This document shows, one piece after another, positions 38,147 to 47,633 of a stretch of 64,000 nucleotides of DNA. The stretch's first letter is position 1. The number at the start of each line of letters is the position of its first letter. The notes under the pieces were generated by a model that searched no databases, was not told where the DNA came from, and saw nothing but the letters and a program-made list of their open reading frames with translations. Position numbers and translations under genes: made by a program. The stretch comes from a virus (taxonomy: Duplodnaviria > Caudoviricetes), in IMG/VR virus record IMGVR_UViG_3300021387_000075; one strand, 5' to 3'.

Positions 38147-38483
38147 TTTCTTTTTCCTCCTTTTCCTTCGCTCTACGTTCCTTATCCTTCCGTGCCTTTT
38201 CGGCACGAGCCTTGGCATCGGCTTCCTTCTTCGCCTGCTTAGCGTTGTACTCGTCAATTTCCTTCTGCATAAGCTCTTCGGCGGTCATGTCCTCACGCTC
38301 TTCGGCAACAATAGCGCCGATACGCACGTAGCGCTGGACGCCATTCAAATCGGTCAGGAGAACGCCATACTGACGATCATTGACTTTGGTATAAGCGTAG
38401 TCAGTCGGATATCCGTGGAAAATATCCGCAAAGACTTTATCACGCAGTTCCTGATTGACAACAGTAGTAGAAATCTTAGCCAT
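38133..38483 (-). CDS. hypothetical protein with charged C-terminal helix
   Basis: Promoter plus conserved leader; resembles 43473-43880. Confidence 0.75.
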   Translation of the reverse strand: MAKISTTVVNQELRDKVFADIFHGYPTDYAYTKVNDRQYGVLLTDLNGVQRYVRIGAIVAEEREDMTAEELMQKEIDEYNAKQAKKEADAKARAEKARKDKERRAKEKEEKENGVQ

Positions 38484-38539
38484 CTCAATTCCCTTTCTGG
38501 TTTGGGGTGTTTTCCTTCACCTTTCATAAGTATTATATA

Positions 38540-38773
38540 TCATTCGGTTAGGCTTGTCAAGTCTTTTTTCACATTTTCTAATAATTTATAGAAGAAATTT
38601 CGGTTGTGCCATTTAAGTTGAAATTGCTTCGGGTCTATAAAGCTCTGTTCGGCACATTGATAATTAGTACACCAGTAAAGTTTTTTAGTCTCCTCATAAT
38701 ATATCCAGTCATAACCATGCGCTTTAACCCAAGCATCGGGGCATCCTACCCCTTTGTATCCATATGTTATCAT
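38540..38773 (-). CDS. hypothetical protein
   Basis: Own promoter at ~38808-38836 and RBS. Confidence 0.55.
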   Translation of the reverse strand: MITYGYKGVGCPDAWVKAHGYDWIYYEETKKLYWCTNYQCAEQSFIDPKQFQLKWHNRNFFYKLLENVKKDLTSLTE

Positions 38774-38972
38774 AAGTTTCCTTTCTTTCTCTTCATCTTT
38801 CATATATATTATAACCTAAAATTTGTTACAAGTCAATAGTTAATTGTGTTACAATTCTGTTACAAATTCGCGGGCCGGCGGGCGAAAACTTAACACATTT
38901 GTAATAATTTTGCTATTGATTCGTAATTGCTTTTCTGCTATAATAAGAGCGTGGAAAGGAAGGTGCTAAGAG

Positions 38973-39473
38973 ATGCGTAACACTTACGAAGTTCGGGCTG
39001 AGAAGTTCATCCATCAGATTTTTAACTATATCTGGGAGTGCGAAAATGTTGATGACTATGAGTGGGCGGTAAATCACTTCAATTTCGAACACCACCGCAA
39101 CGTGAAGGTGGTCCACGGCCTGACTCGGGTGGCGCTGATTACCTCTGACTATGTGGTGAAGATTGATTGCGGTCGTGCCCACGATCTGGATACGTTCGGC
39201 GGTTGTGCCAACGAGTTCGATATCTACGCACAGGCCGAAGAGGATGGCTTCGCCTACCTCTTCGCTAAGCCCACAGAGGTTGTATATAATGGCCTGACCT
39301 TCTGCGTGATGCCCCGTATCCGTGGCATTGAGCGTGAACCTAATGACGCTGATTGGTATATGAGCGCCGAAGAGTGCGACTGGGTTTGTGAGCGGGTGTT
39401 TGATCTCCATAATGGAAATTATGGTTGGAAAGATGGCCATCCTGTACTGATCGACTATGCGGCGAATTGCTGA
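38973..39473 (+). CDS. minimal protein-kinase-like protein (166 aa)
   Basis: G..R.A..YVVKI, NE, DLHNGN catalytic loop, LIDY metal-binding motif. Confidence 0.75.
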   Translation: MRNTYEVRAEKFIHQIFNYIWECENVDDYEWAVNHFNFEHHRNVKVVHGLTRVALITSDYVVKIDCGRAHDLDTFGGCANEFDIYAQAEEDGFAYLFAKPTEVVYNGLTFCVMPRIRGIEREPNDADWYMSAEECDWVCERVFDLHNGNYGWKDGHPVLIDYAANC

Positions 39474-39574
39474 TGTTAGCTTCGGCTAACATTGGCCGGC
39501 GCGCCGTTGGATACTGTATACAATAGAAGCGCAAAGAAAAATCCCCACGATTGCCTGCGTGGGGTCAGTCTCCA

Positions 39575-39646
39575 TCTCGTTTATTGTTTGCCCAACGAGA
39601 AAGGGCATTCTGGAAAGGGGCTTTAAGGTTCAACCCCTTAGAACCT
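39575..39646 (-). ncRNA. two tandem H-type pseudoknots in 3' UTR
   Basis: AGGUUC/GAACCU with AAGGGGUU/AGCCCCUU; UGCCC/GGGCA with UCUCGUU/AACGAGA; terminator at 39537-39564. Confidence 0.65.
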
Positions 39647-39652
39647 CGGGCA

Positions 39653-39973
39653 TTAGCCCTTGAGGGTGTAGGCGTTGACCTTGCCCTCAATCTTCTCGAC
39701 CTCATTGGCCCAGTAGTTCCGCAGACCGTAGACGATCTTGCCCTTGGCGTAACCAGTCTCGTCCGCCAGTTCCTGAGCGGTCACGGGAGCGGTAGCGGAC
39801 TTCAGAGTCTCGATGACCGCATCGTGAATCTCCTCGTAGATTGCCCGATTCGCCTGCGCCTTAGTCTCACCCTTGGCCAGTTCGGCAACGATCTCGTCAT
39901 AAACATTCATCAGTTCGGCGATGTTGTGGTCGTTGATGTAGGAAGCGATGGTCTGCATAGTGGATTTCTTCAT
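39653..39973 (-). CDS. winged-helix protein, paralog 1
   Basis: PVTAQELADE..KGKIVYGL..W..EVEKIEGKVNAY. Confidence 0.8.
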   Translation of the reverse strand: MKKSTMQTIASYINDHNIAELMNVYDEIVAELAKGETKAQANRAIYEEIHDAVIETLKSATAPVTAQELADETGYAKGKIVYGLRNYWANEVEKIEGKVNAYTLKG

Positions 39974-40091
39974 TGTATAATTCCTTTCTGGTTTTTTAAG
40001 AGTTTTCCTTCTCTTCATCTTTCGTAGTTATTGTATCATAAGTTTGGAAGTTTGTCAAGAGGTTTCCGAAAATTTTCTCCCTTTTATTTTC

Positions 40092-40160
40092 GGTCAAGAG
40101 AATCATCGGGTCTTGCGTTTCCATGGAGATTTGTTTCCGCTCCCGTTCTCCCTCTCAACA
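40092..40160 (-). ncRNA. candidate promoter-driven hairpin ncRNA
   Basis: Own consensus promoter; GUUGAGAG/CUCUUGAC and CGGG/CCCG stems; no RBS-led ORF seen. Confidence 0.45.
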
Positions 40161-40744
40161 TCCTTATTATATCAGATTTCGGGGAGTTTGTCAAGGGTTT
40201 TTTCAACTTTTTTTCAAAGTTTTTTTCGCCCTCGGGAAGCTCGCTCCCTTCACCTGACATATATAATTATACTCGAAATTCGGAAAAAGTCAAGCACTTT
40301 TTTTGAAGAATACTGTATACAATCGCGGGCCGGCCAAAATGGACCGAAGTCCATTATAGCACGAATCGAACAATCGGACGATCTTTCTTAGAGTACCGAG
40401 CAAACACCATAAACCGCAACCAGAGGGCTTTCATTATGGGAAGATAGCGGACAGTCTGTTCTCCTTCAAGGTTTTTCAGATACACATTCATTTTGATGTT
40501 CCTCCTTCAAGAAAAAGCTGAAATCATTCATAATACATTCATAAGCGAAAAAGCAACTTTCGTCCGCATGGCACAGGGCGCATTTCCTGCACTTGCTTGA
40601 ATTGGCTACGACTTCCCACAAGTAGGCATTGAGTGTTTCCATAGTTTCCATCTCCTTTCAACATAGACATTGTATCATAGAAAAGGAAAACTGTCAACAG
40701 GAAAATTATTACAAAAGTATTAAATCGTGCCGGCGCGAAAGGGC

Positions 40745-40978
40745 TTACGCCCTTTCGTCATACAAAGTAAAATCATCAACCTCACGCACAAAGCCGCAAG
40801 CATTGTCAATGAAGGTAAAGCCATTATCTTTGGCTTTGAGAATCAAATCATTCATATCCTTGCGAAGGATCGCTTCTTCACGCTTACGGGTGCGGATAGC
40901 ACGAAGATTGTTAATAATGGTAGTCAGTTCCTCATCACTCATGTTGTCTGTGTCAATCATAATCTTGCCAATTCTCAT
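40745..40978 (-). CDS. hypothetical protein
   Basis: Single-gene cassette with promoter and terminator. Confidence 0.7.
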   Translation of the reverse strand: MRIGKIMIDTDNMSDEELTTIINNLRAIRTRKREEAILRKDMNDLILKAKDNGFTFIDNACGFVREVDDFTLYDERA

Positions 40979-41078
40979 TCGGGGTACCTTCCTTTCCTTT
41001 CGATACTTATATTATACTCACTTTTGCGCCAATGTCAATAGGAAAATTATTACAATTCTGTTAAATGCGCCGGCGGCC

Positions 41079-41744
41079 TCACTTGGAAGCCTTGGCACGC
41101 AAGGCTTCCAAGCATTTAGTAAAAATCTCTTTTTCAATTTCTACATCTTTAAGTCCTGTATGTGATTCAACAAAGTCATTGTTCTTACTAATATATCTCC
41201 AAAGCACTTCTGCGGTGAAGCGAGGGCGAGGGGTGGCGTGGTTTGTCATGTATCCGTTTTCCTTACAGAACGCAATATATTGTGGGTCATTACCAAATAC
41301 TTTCTTAGACAGTTTCAAGCTGTCAATAACTTTCATCCCATAGGGCAAGAAATACCGCTTTCGGGATTTAGTCTGGTAACGCATAGTGGCGTTAAGGGTT
41401 TGGATATCAAATCTGGAATTGTGTGCCACCACCGCCTGAACGTTGTACTTTTCGCACAGTTCTTTTACCGTATTATACATGCCCCACGTATCCACGATTT
41501 TGTGATTACCCATCCGCATGTCTTCAATGTATTTCGGGATTTTTTCGGCATAATATGCATCCTGCATCTGTTCGGGCATCCGAAAGAAAACATCCTCATT
41601 AATGACGCTGAAACGTGCTTTCTCCTCCCCATACTCATTGATTACCGCACCGCCGAGATCATAGACCTGACCGTTTTTTACATCCAGTTGTCCATCTACT
41701 ACGGGAGTGTTACAAGTTTCGCTATCAAATACCAAGAAGTTCAT
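41079..41744 (-). CDS. DEDDh 3'-5' exonuclease, paralog 1
   Basis: FDSET, AHNSRFD, HTGLKD. Confidence 0.88.
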   Translation of the reverse strand: MNFLVFDSETCNTPVVDGQLDVKNGQVYDLGGAVINEYGEEKARFSVINEDVFFRMPEQMQDAYYAEKIPKYIEDMRMGNHKIVDTWGMYNTVKELCEKYNVQAVVAHNSRFDIQTLNATMRYQTKSRKRYFLPYGMKVIDSLKLSKKVFGNDPQYIAFCKENGYMTNHATPRPRFTAEVLWRYISKNNDFVESHTGLKDVEIEKEIFTKCLEALRAKASK

Positions 41745-41880
41745 TGGAGTTACCTTTCTGGTTTGCGTTGTTTTCCTTCAACTTTCAAGTATGATTATAC
41801 CACGGAAAATAGAAATGTCAATAGGTATTTTGTTACAAAAGTATTAAATCTGCGGGCCGGCCGAGTTAGCGAGTGCTAAC

Positions 41881-42150
41881 TCATTTGAGAAAGCACTCAT
41901 ACCAAGCATAGTCGCCCCACGTGCCATTATTTACTACCTCGGTCTTATAGTCTTCCCACGCCTGCTCTTCGCCCTCTTCGGTGTTGGGGTAATCTCGATC
42001 TTCAACCCAAGAGTTGAAGTCCCGTTCTACAAACCAACCATAACGGCGCTCATCCAACCATTTGAAACATTCGTCCATAACTTTATCGAAATCAGTATAG
42101 GCAACCTGCGGTTCGCCTTCAAGAGTAATGACATAAATACGAGTAGCCAT
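41881..42150 (-). CDS. acidic aromatic-rich hypothetical protein
   Basis: RBS AGGAGG. Confidence 0.65.
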   Translation of the reverse strand: MATRIYVITLEGEPQVAYTDFDKVMDECFKWLDERRYGWFVERDFNSWVEDRDYPNTEEGEEQAWEDYKTEVVNNGTWGDYAWYECFLK

Positions 42151-42161
42151 ATTATCCCTCC

Positions 42162-42419
42162 TTAGCAATCATCGGTATACATTCCAAGATAAGGGTCAAA
42201 GCCCATATCATAGTCTTCATCATAGTTATCATCGGGAGTATCATCATAGGAAAGCCATTCGTCCCACGAGTCGAAGAACATTGCGAAGTCCTCGCAATCT
42301 TCCATTGGGTCATCAATGTGGCACACGTTGCACTGGTCGCAATAGGGGCAAGCGCCATAAGCATTGACAGTGCAGTAAGTGGTTTCACCGTTGTAAGTTC
42401 CCTGTTTTGCGTCTCTCAT
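42162..42419 (-). CDS. Cys-rich, very acidic small protein
   Basis: CPYCDQCNVC; Asp-rich tail. Confidence 0.65.
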   Translation of the reverse strand: MRDAKQGTYNGETTYCTVNAYGACPYCDQCNVCHIDDPMEDCEDFAMFFDSWDEWLSYDDTPDDNYDEDYDMGFDPYLGMYTDDC

Positions 42420-42669
42420 ACTAATACTCCTTTCAATCTGGCTCTGGCCTGTTTCCGTAAGCGCTTTTTCAGTTTCCGCATAGAGGGTGTGCTCTGGTTA
42501 ATCCACTTGCGGCATCCTTTATCTAAATCCCAAGCGGCGAGTTCATCAAACTTCTTGTATCTCGCTCTCTGCATCTCTCATCCCTCCTGACACTATTTAT
42601 TATACTCAGATTTGAAAAAAAGTCAATAGGTAAAATTGTTAAGTTTTTGTTACGCGCCGGCCGCCCGCC

Positions 42670-43359
42670 TCACTCCTCATCGAGTTCGGCAAGGCGTGCC
42701 ATTTTCTTATGCCTGCGGACGCACTCTGCGAAAATCTGCGCTTCAATTTGTACATCCTCTAACCCCGTGTGACTTTCTTCAAAGTCATTGTCGTTGGTCA
42801 GAAAGCGCCACAGAATTTCGGCAGTCTTACGCACCTGAGGGGTCTTGTGGTTGGTCATATATCCATTCTCTACACAGAACCGCCGATAGTTGGACTGCTT
42901 GCAAATGGTATCATTCGCCATAGTCATAGTATCCCAAATCGGGATACCATACGGGAAGAAAAATCTACGCTTGCTCTTGGTCTGATACCGAAGGGTTGAG
43001 TTTAAAACCCTCACATCAAATCTGGCATTGTGGGCAATGAAAGCCTTGATTTCATACTGTGCCACGAGTTCCCGCACAATCTTATACAGTTGCCAAGTAT
43101 TGACGATCTGGCGCTTGCCCATCCGAATATCGGTTAAGTACTGGGGAATTTTATCCGCAAAGTATGCTTCACGCATAGCTTCGGGCAGTCCGAAGAATAC
43201 ATCTTCATTCACAAAGGACATTTCCTTATACACAAAGCCCTCATTGTCTACGATTTGAAGGCCGAAGTCATAAACCTGACCGCAAGTCGTGTCTAACTGT
43301 CCGTCTACCTTCGGGGTGTTACAAGTCTCAGTATCAAATACCATATACAGATTCTTCAT
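42670..43359 (-). CDS. DEDDh 3'-5' exonuclease, paralog 2
   Basis: FDTET, AHNARFD, HTGLED; alignable end to end with 41079-41744. Confidence 0.88.
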   Translation of the reverse strand: MKNLYMVFDTETCNTPKVDGQLDTTCGQVYDFGLQIVDNEGFVYKEMSFVNEDVFFGLPEAMREAYFADKIPQYLTDIRMGKRQIVNTWQLYKIVRELVAQYEIKAFIAHNARFDVRVLNSTLRYQTKSKRRFFFPYGIPIWDTMTMANDTICKQSNYRRFCVENGYMTNHKTPQVRKTAEILWRFLTNDNDFEESHTGLEDVQIEAQIFAECVRRHKKMARLAELDEE

Positions 43360-43472
43360 TGCGTTTCGCTCCTTTCAACATAGCCATTATATCACTTTAT
43401 AGGATGCGTGTCAACCCCTTTTTGAAAAAAATTTTCGCGCCGGCCCGTTAGTCACGACTAACAAGAAAAGGG

Positions 43473-43880
43473 TCACGCCTGGGGCGTGACCTTAATCTTG
43501 CGGAGTTCCTTCAACCCCTTGTTTGCTTCCGCAAGGGCTTTCTTTTCCTCACGGGCTTTCTGGTCTTTGGCAATCTTGGCCTGCTTCTTCTCTTCGGCCT
43601 TGGCTTTCTTCTGCGCCTTTTCTTCAAGGTCAATCTGGTAATCTTCGGCGACAGAATAGCCATCATAAGGGATGTATCCACCGTTGCCATCACGAGCGCC
43701 ACGAGGGATAGACACCTTAATCACCGCCCACGTTTCATTGCCATCGGGATCAAGGCAAGGCACCGCAATCTCGTTGGCGCTCACCGCAAGCGCATCCGTG
43801 GCCTTTTCGGTTTCAATCGCCTTAGCAATCAGGGACAGGAAGTCGTTACGAATCGTGGTTTCCATCTGGGCTTTAGTCAT
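43473..43880 (-). CDS. hypothetical protein with Lys/Glu-rich C-terminus
   Basis: Own promoter; resembles 38133-38483. Confidence 0.75.
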   Translation of the reverse strand: MTKAQMETTIRNDFLSLIAKAIETEKATDALAVSANEIAVPCLDPDGNETWAVIKVSIPRGARDGNGGYIPYDGYSVAEDYQIDLEEKAQKKAKAEEKKQAKIAKDQKAREEKKALAEANKGLKELRKIKVTPQA

Positions 43881-44129
43881 CTAACATCGCTCCTTTCGTT
43901 CTTACAGGAAGATTGTATCACACTTTGTCGGGGTTGTCAAGGGGTTCTTGAAGATTTTTTTCGATCTTCTTTCCTCTTGATCTGGATATATTATACTATA
44001 AATTTTGAAGTTTGTCAAGAATTTTTTTAAAAGAATACTGTATACAATTTTGGCGGGCCGGCTCCAGTTAGCTATGGCTAACTAGCGCCGATAAGAAAAG
44101 CCCACCTTGCGGTGGGCGATAGGTCAGGA

Positions 44130-44462
44130 TTAGCGCCGAGTGTAGGAATTAACCTTGCCCTCGTGCTTGACCACATCCTTATCCCAGTAGTGGCCCAGAG
44201 CGTACTGAACCTTGGCCTTGGTGAAGCCATCAGGGAGAGACTCCTTCACAGCTTCATAGATCTCAGCGACCGTGGCGGGATACTCCGTATCCAGAGCGCC
44301 ATAGACTACATCCCAGGCGGTCTCATACAGCTCACGGTTGGCCTGAGCTTTCTCAGCTCCTTTGCTCAGCTCAGCTTTCAGCTCGCTCCGCACCGCTTCG
44401 GCTTCGGGAGTCTCGATGGTGGCAATCAGGGACAGGATGGTGTTCATAGTGGTCTTCTTCAT
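44130..44462 (-). CDS. winged-helix protein, paralog 2
   Basis: PATVAEIYEAV..TKAKVQYAL..W..VVKHEGKVNSY. Confidence 0.8.
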   Translation of the reverse strand: MKKTTMNTILSLIATIETPEAEAVRSELKAELSKGAEKAQANRELYETAWDVVYGALDTEYPATVAEIYEAVKESLPDGFTKAKVQYALGHYWDKDVVKHEGKVNSYTRR

Positions 44463-44712
44463 AGTGGTAACCCTTTCTGGTTTGTGGGGTTTTCCTTCCC
44501 CTATTTCGTATTTATTGTACCACGGTTTCGGGAGTTTGTCAAGAGGTTTTTTGAACTTTTTTCAAAGTTTTTTTTGACCTCTGGGATTCTCTCCCGTTCC
44601 CCTTGGAACAATTATATTATAGCAGGAATTAGGAAAAAGTCAATAGTTTTTTTGAAAAAAAGATTGTTAAGTTTTTCACAAGCGGCGGGCCGGCACGAAA
44701 GTAGACCGAAGT

Positions 44713-44973
44713 CTACTTGTACAGAAGGGAAAGGAAGTAGAGATTGAGAACAACGCTTGATAAATGCATCATAACATCGTTGATGTGTCGATGCTGGGAG
44801 AGGTCTTTACATACGCCGAACACCGCCACAGCAAGTCCAAACCACGAAACTTGAAGGCCGAAAAGCATAATCAGAGCCACGTTTAAGATTGTAATTCCGC
44901 AACGAACATCATTCCATTCGAAGCGATAGGCGGTTTCAATTCCGAACCAATTCTTAATCGTCTGCATTTTCAT
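44713..44973 (-). CDS. small membrane protein ending in TAG
   Basis: Hydrophobic segments; terminal TAG lies inside the terminator hairpin. Confidence 0.65.
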   Translation of the reverse strand: MKMQTIKNWFGIETAYRFEWNDVRCGITILNVALIMLFGLQVSWFGLAVAVFGVCKDLSQHRHINDVMMHLSSVVLNLYFLSLLYK

Positions 44974-45184
44974 TTCTCCTTGCCCATTCAAGATATTGCT
45001 TGCTCATCTTTTTAATATTATCAGGGGTAAAACCATTGTTAATATTATACCAAGTGGAAACATAAAAGGGGATACCATGACGAGTTGCACAATTCGCAAC
45101 CGCATTGACAAGGCGAGTAATTATCAGACGAAACCAGACATATTTCCACAATCCGTGGAAATCATTACCATAGAACATTCTCAA
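44954..45184 (-). CDS. hypothetical protein
   Basis: First gene behind promoter at ~45217-45244. Confidence 0.55.
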   Translation of the reverse strand: MRMFYGNDFHGLWKYVWFRLIITRLVNAVANCATRHGIPFYVSTWYNINNGFTPDNIKKMSKQYLEWARRNENADD

Positions 45185-45348
45185 TCCATCCTTTCCGTTC
45201 CTCTTGGAACAATATCATTATACCACGTTATATAAGAATGTCAATAGGAAAATTGTTACAATTCCATTAACAAATTTGTGCCGGCCCGAGTTAGCGGCGG
45301 CTAACTGGCGAGAAAAGAAAAGCCCTCCTCAAAGGGAGGGCTTTTCTA

Positions 45349-45675
45349 TTAAGCCTTGCGAGAGTAGGTATTAACCTTGCCCTCGATCTTGTCGATGTCG
45401 TCCTTCCACAGGCGGGTGATGGCATACTGGAGGTTGCCCTTCGTGAAGCCCTCGGGCAGGGTGTCCTGCACCGCCTCGTAGATTTCGGTGATGGTCGCAG
45501 GGGCATCCATCACGGCGAGGACAATATCCTTCGCCTGAGCGTACAGAGCGTCCTTCGCCTGCTTGGCTTCGGAGTTGCGGTTGATTTCCTTCTGGAACTC
45601 AGCGAGGATTTCGGCATTGTCGAAGCCCTTGGCGGTCAGGAAAGCGTAAACAGTGGCGTAAGTGGTGTTCTTCAT
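45349..45675 (-). CDS. winged-helix protein, paralog 3
   Basis: PATITEIYEAV..TKGNLQYAI..W..IDKIEGKVNTY. Confidence 0.8.
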   Translation of the reverse strand: MKNTTYATVYAFLTAKGFDNAEILAEFQKEINRNSEAKQAKDALYAQAKDIVLAVMDAPATITEIYEAVQDTLPEGFTKGNLQYAITRLWKDDIDKIEGKVNTYSRKA

Positions 45676-45780
45676 GGTGATAATTCCTTTCTGGTTTGTG
45701 AGGTTTTCCTTCCTCTGTTTTCATAAGTATTATATCATGGGGTTTCGGGTTTGTCAAGGGTTTTTTTAAATTTCTTTTTT

Positions 45781-45872
45781 GTTCTTCGGGAGCCTGTTTC
45801 GTGTGCGTCCACACAGGGTTGTGCGCCCATCCCATGAAGGCTTGCCTTGGTTTCTCCTGTCTCCCTCGGAAC
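45781..45872 (-). ncRNA. candidate multibranch ncRNA
   Basis: Own promoter; GGGAG/CUCCC closing stem with several internal hairpins. Confidence 0.45.
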
Positions 45873-45968
45873 AATTATAGTATATCACAATTTTAGGAAA
45901 AGTCAAGCACTTTTTGAAAAAAAGATTGACAACTTTTTAACAATCCGCGGGCCGGCTTGGGAGTTAGC

Positions 45969-46406
45969 TTACGCTAACTCCTTCAAGATTTCAATCATTT
46001 TGTCAGGGGTGAAAGCCTGTCCGTGCCATGCCTTGCGGTTCGGGGCTTCATCATCGAAGAGGATATCATCATCGGAATGTTTGAACTGGTATTTTGGAAC
46101 ACCATATCCGACAATCTCAATCTCATCGAACCGAACGCTTGCGAGGTGACGCCGAAGCCAATTCAGTTTGGCGGTGGCAATCTCATCACAGTAAGCTTCG
46201 GGCGCATTTTTGGCAGTCCAACTAATGATTCCCAACTTACAACCTGCCTTCTGTGCCTTATTCATCAGGCGAGCAAGATAGCTCATATTCCACATGACTT
46301 TGGCGTTTTCGTAAGGGGTAGTCTCACGAGCGAGAAGCATATCAAGCCAACCATCAACCCCATACAGGTCAGCAATCGTTCCATCCATATCCCACCAAAT
46401 CGTCAT
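45969..46406 (-). CDS. HAD-family 5'(3')-deoxyribonucleotidase-like, paralog 1
   Basis: DMDGTIADLY, ISWT, K, LFDD. Confidence 0.85.
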   Translation of the reverse strand: MTIWWDMDGTIADLYGVDGWLDMLLARETTPYENAKVMWNMSYLARLMNKAQKAGCKLGIISWTAKNAPEAYCDEIATAKLNWLRRHLASVRFDEIEIVGYGVPKYQFKHSDDDILFDDEAPNRKAWHGQAFTPDKMIEILKELA

Positions 46407-46514
46407 TCGATCAACTCCTTCCGTTTCTGTACCTGTATTATAGCATAGAGTTTCGGGAAAGTCAATAGTTTGATGTTACATTTTTCTGACATCGCTGGCC
46501 GGCGCGAAACCGAA

Positions 46515-47114
46515 TTAGGTTAATTCGGCCTGCTCTAGAATGGCTAAACTGTTTGGAAGTTTTTCTGCTAAATCCTGAACATCAATTTTTACCTTAAAAC
46601 GATCTTTGGAAATAAAATTTTTTAAGGTATATTTCTTTACTAAGTAGTTACGAGCAACACTTTCGAGAGAAGTAGCATCCACTTTGTGCGTGTCAATCGT
46701 GTAAAGAATTTTTCCATGATCAACTGACGGGTATTTATTAAGATGCTGTTTCATTCTCCGTTCTACATCAACCGAAGTTCCAATTTTGTCAAATACGTGC
46801 TTATTATCTTTATCATAAAAGCGCATGATATAAAAATAATCATGGTAATGTAAAATGTTTTCAATAGCTTCAACTACCTGTTGAGTAATCCGCTTAATAA
46901 ATTTAGCTGTATATCTTAATGCTTCTTTTACATATTCCCAAGTCTCACGAACAATAGGGAATTTGTCATAGATATCAAGCATGTGTTCAAACCGTGTTTT
47001 TCTGGTTTCAGTAGTTTCGGCTTCCATCATTTTGCCATACTGATAATTCATTTCTTCTTTTGCCTGTTCATCAGAAGAAATCCTATTCACGTTGAACCGT
47101 CCCCGCATTGCCAT
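46515..47114 (-). CDS. GIY-YIG/T5orf172-like protein
   Basis: FYIMRF..KIGTSVDVERRMKQH..LE. Confidence 0.7.
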   Translation of the reverse strand: MAMRGRFNVNRISSDEQAKEEMNYQYGKMMEAETTETRKTRFEHMLDIYDKFPIVRETWEYVKEALRYTAKFIKRITQQVVEAIENILHYHDYFYIMRFYDKDNKHVFDKIGTSVDVERRMKQHLNKYPSVDHGKILYTIDTHKVDATSLESVARNYLVKKYTLKNFISKDRFKVKIDVQDLAEKLPNSLAILEQAELT

Positions 47115-47303
47115 TGTCCTGTCCCTCTCTGGTTTGTAAGGTATCCTTCCTTTTCTTTCGTTCCCCTTGGAACAATATAATAATACCACTATATTATAAT
47201 CTTGTCAACCCCTTTTTTAGGATTTTTTCAAAAAAAATGCGCCGGCCCGTTAGCCGTGGGTAACAGAATGAAATAAAAAGACCGCCCGAAGGCGGTCAAG
47301 GGC

Positions 47304-47633
47304 TTACGCCCTCCGATAGGTGTTAGGCTTGCCCTCGATCTTCACGATCTCATCCTGCCACAGATGGGTCAGGGCATACTGAACCTTGCCCTTGGTGATG
47401 CCATCGGGAACGTTCTCCTCGATGGACTCCCACAGTTCGCCACAGGTGACAGGGGTATCAGACAGGGCTTCCACGATCAGAGCGTGAATGGACTCATACG
47501 CTTCGGCGTTCTTGTCCTTCTGCGCCTGTCCCTTAGACAGTTCGGCGGTCAGTTCCGCAATCTCGTTAGCGTACTTTTCGGGGTCGATAGCGGTCAGAGC
47601 GGTCAGGATGGTGTTCATGGTAGCTTTCTTCAT
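47304..47633 (-). CDS. winged-helix protein, paralog 4
   Basis: PVTCGELWESI..TKGKVQYAL..W..IVKIEGKPNTY. Confidence 0.8.
   Translation of the reverse strand: MKKATMNTILTALTAIDPEKYANEIAELTAELSKGQAQKDKNAEAYESIHALIVEALSDTPVTCGELWESIEENVPDGITKGKVQYALTHLWQDEIVKIEGKPNTYRRA

Noticed and set aside
39620-39655. preQ1 riboswitch or stop-readthrough pseudoknot
   Set aside because: GAGGUUCUA pairs differently and lacks the A-rich tail; readthrough would meet another UAA after four codons
40100-40150. Solitary CRISPR-repeat mimic (two GGAAAC ends)
   Set aside because: Resemblance to type III repeat 3' ends is too short to support without a host repeat search; kept only as a generic ncRNA candidate
41865-41880. 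CIRCE (HrcA) element
   Set aside because: Only the GAGTGCTAA half is present; there is no TTAGCACTC-N9 partner
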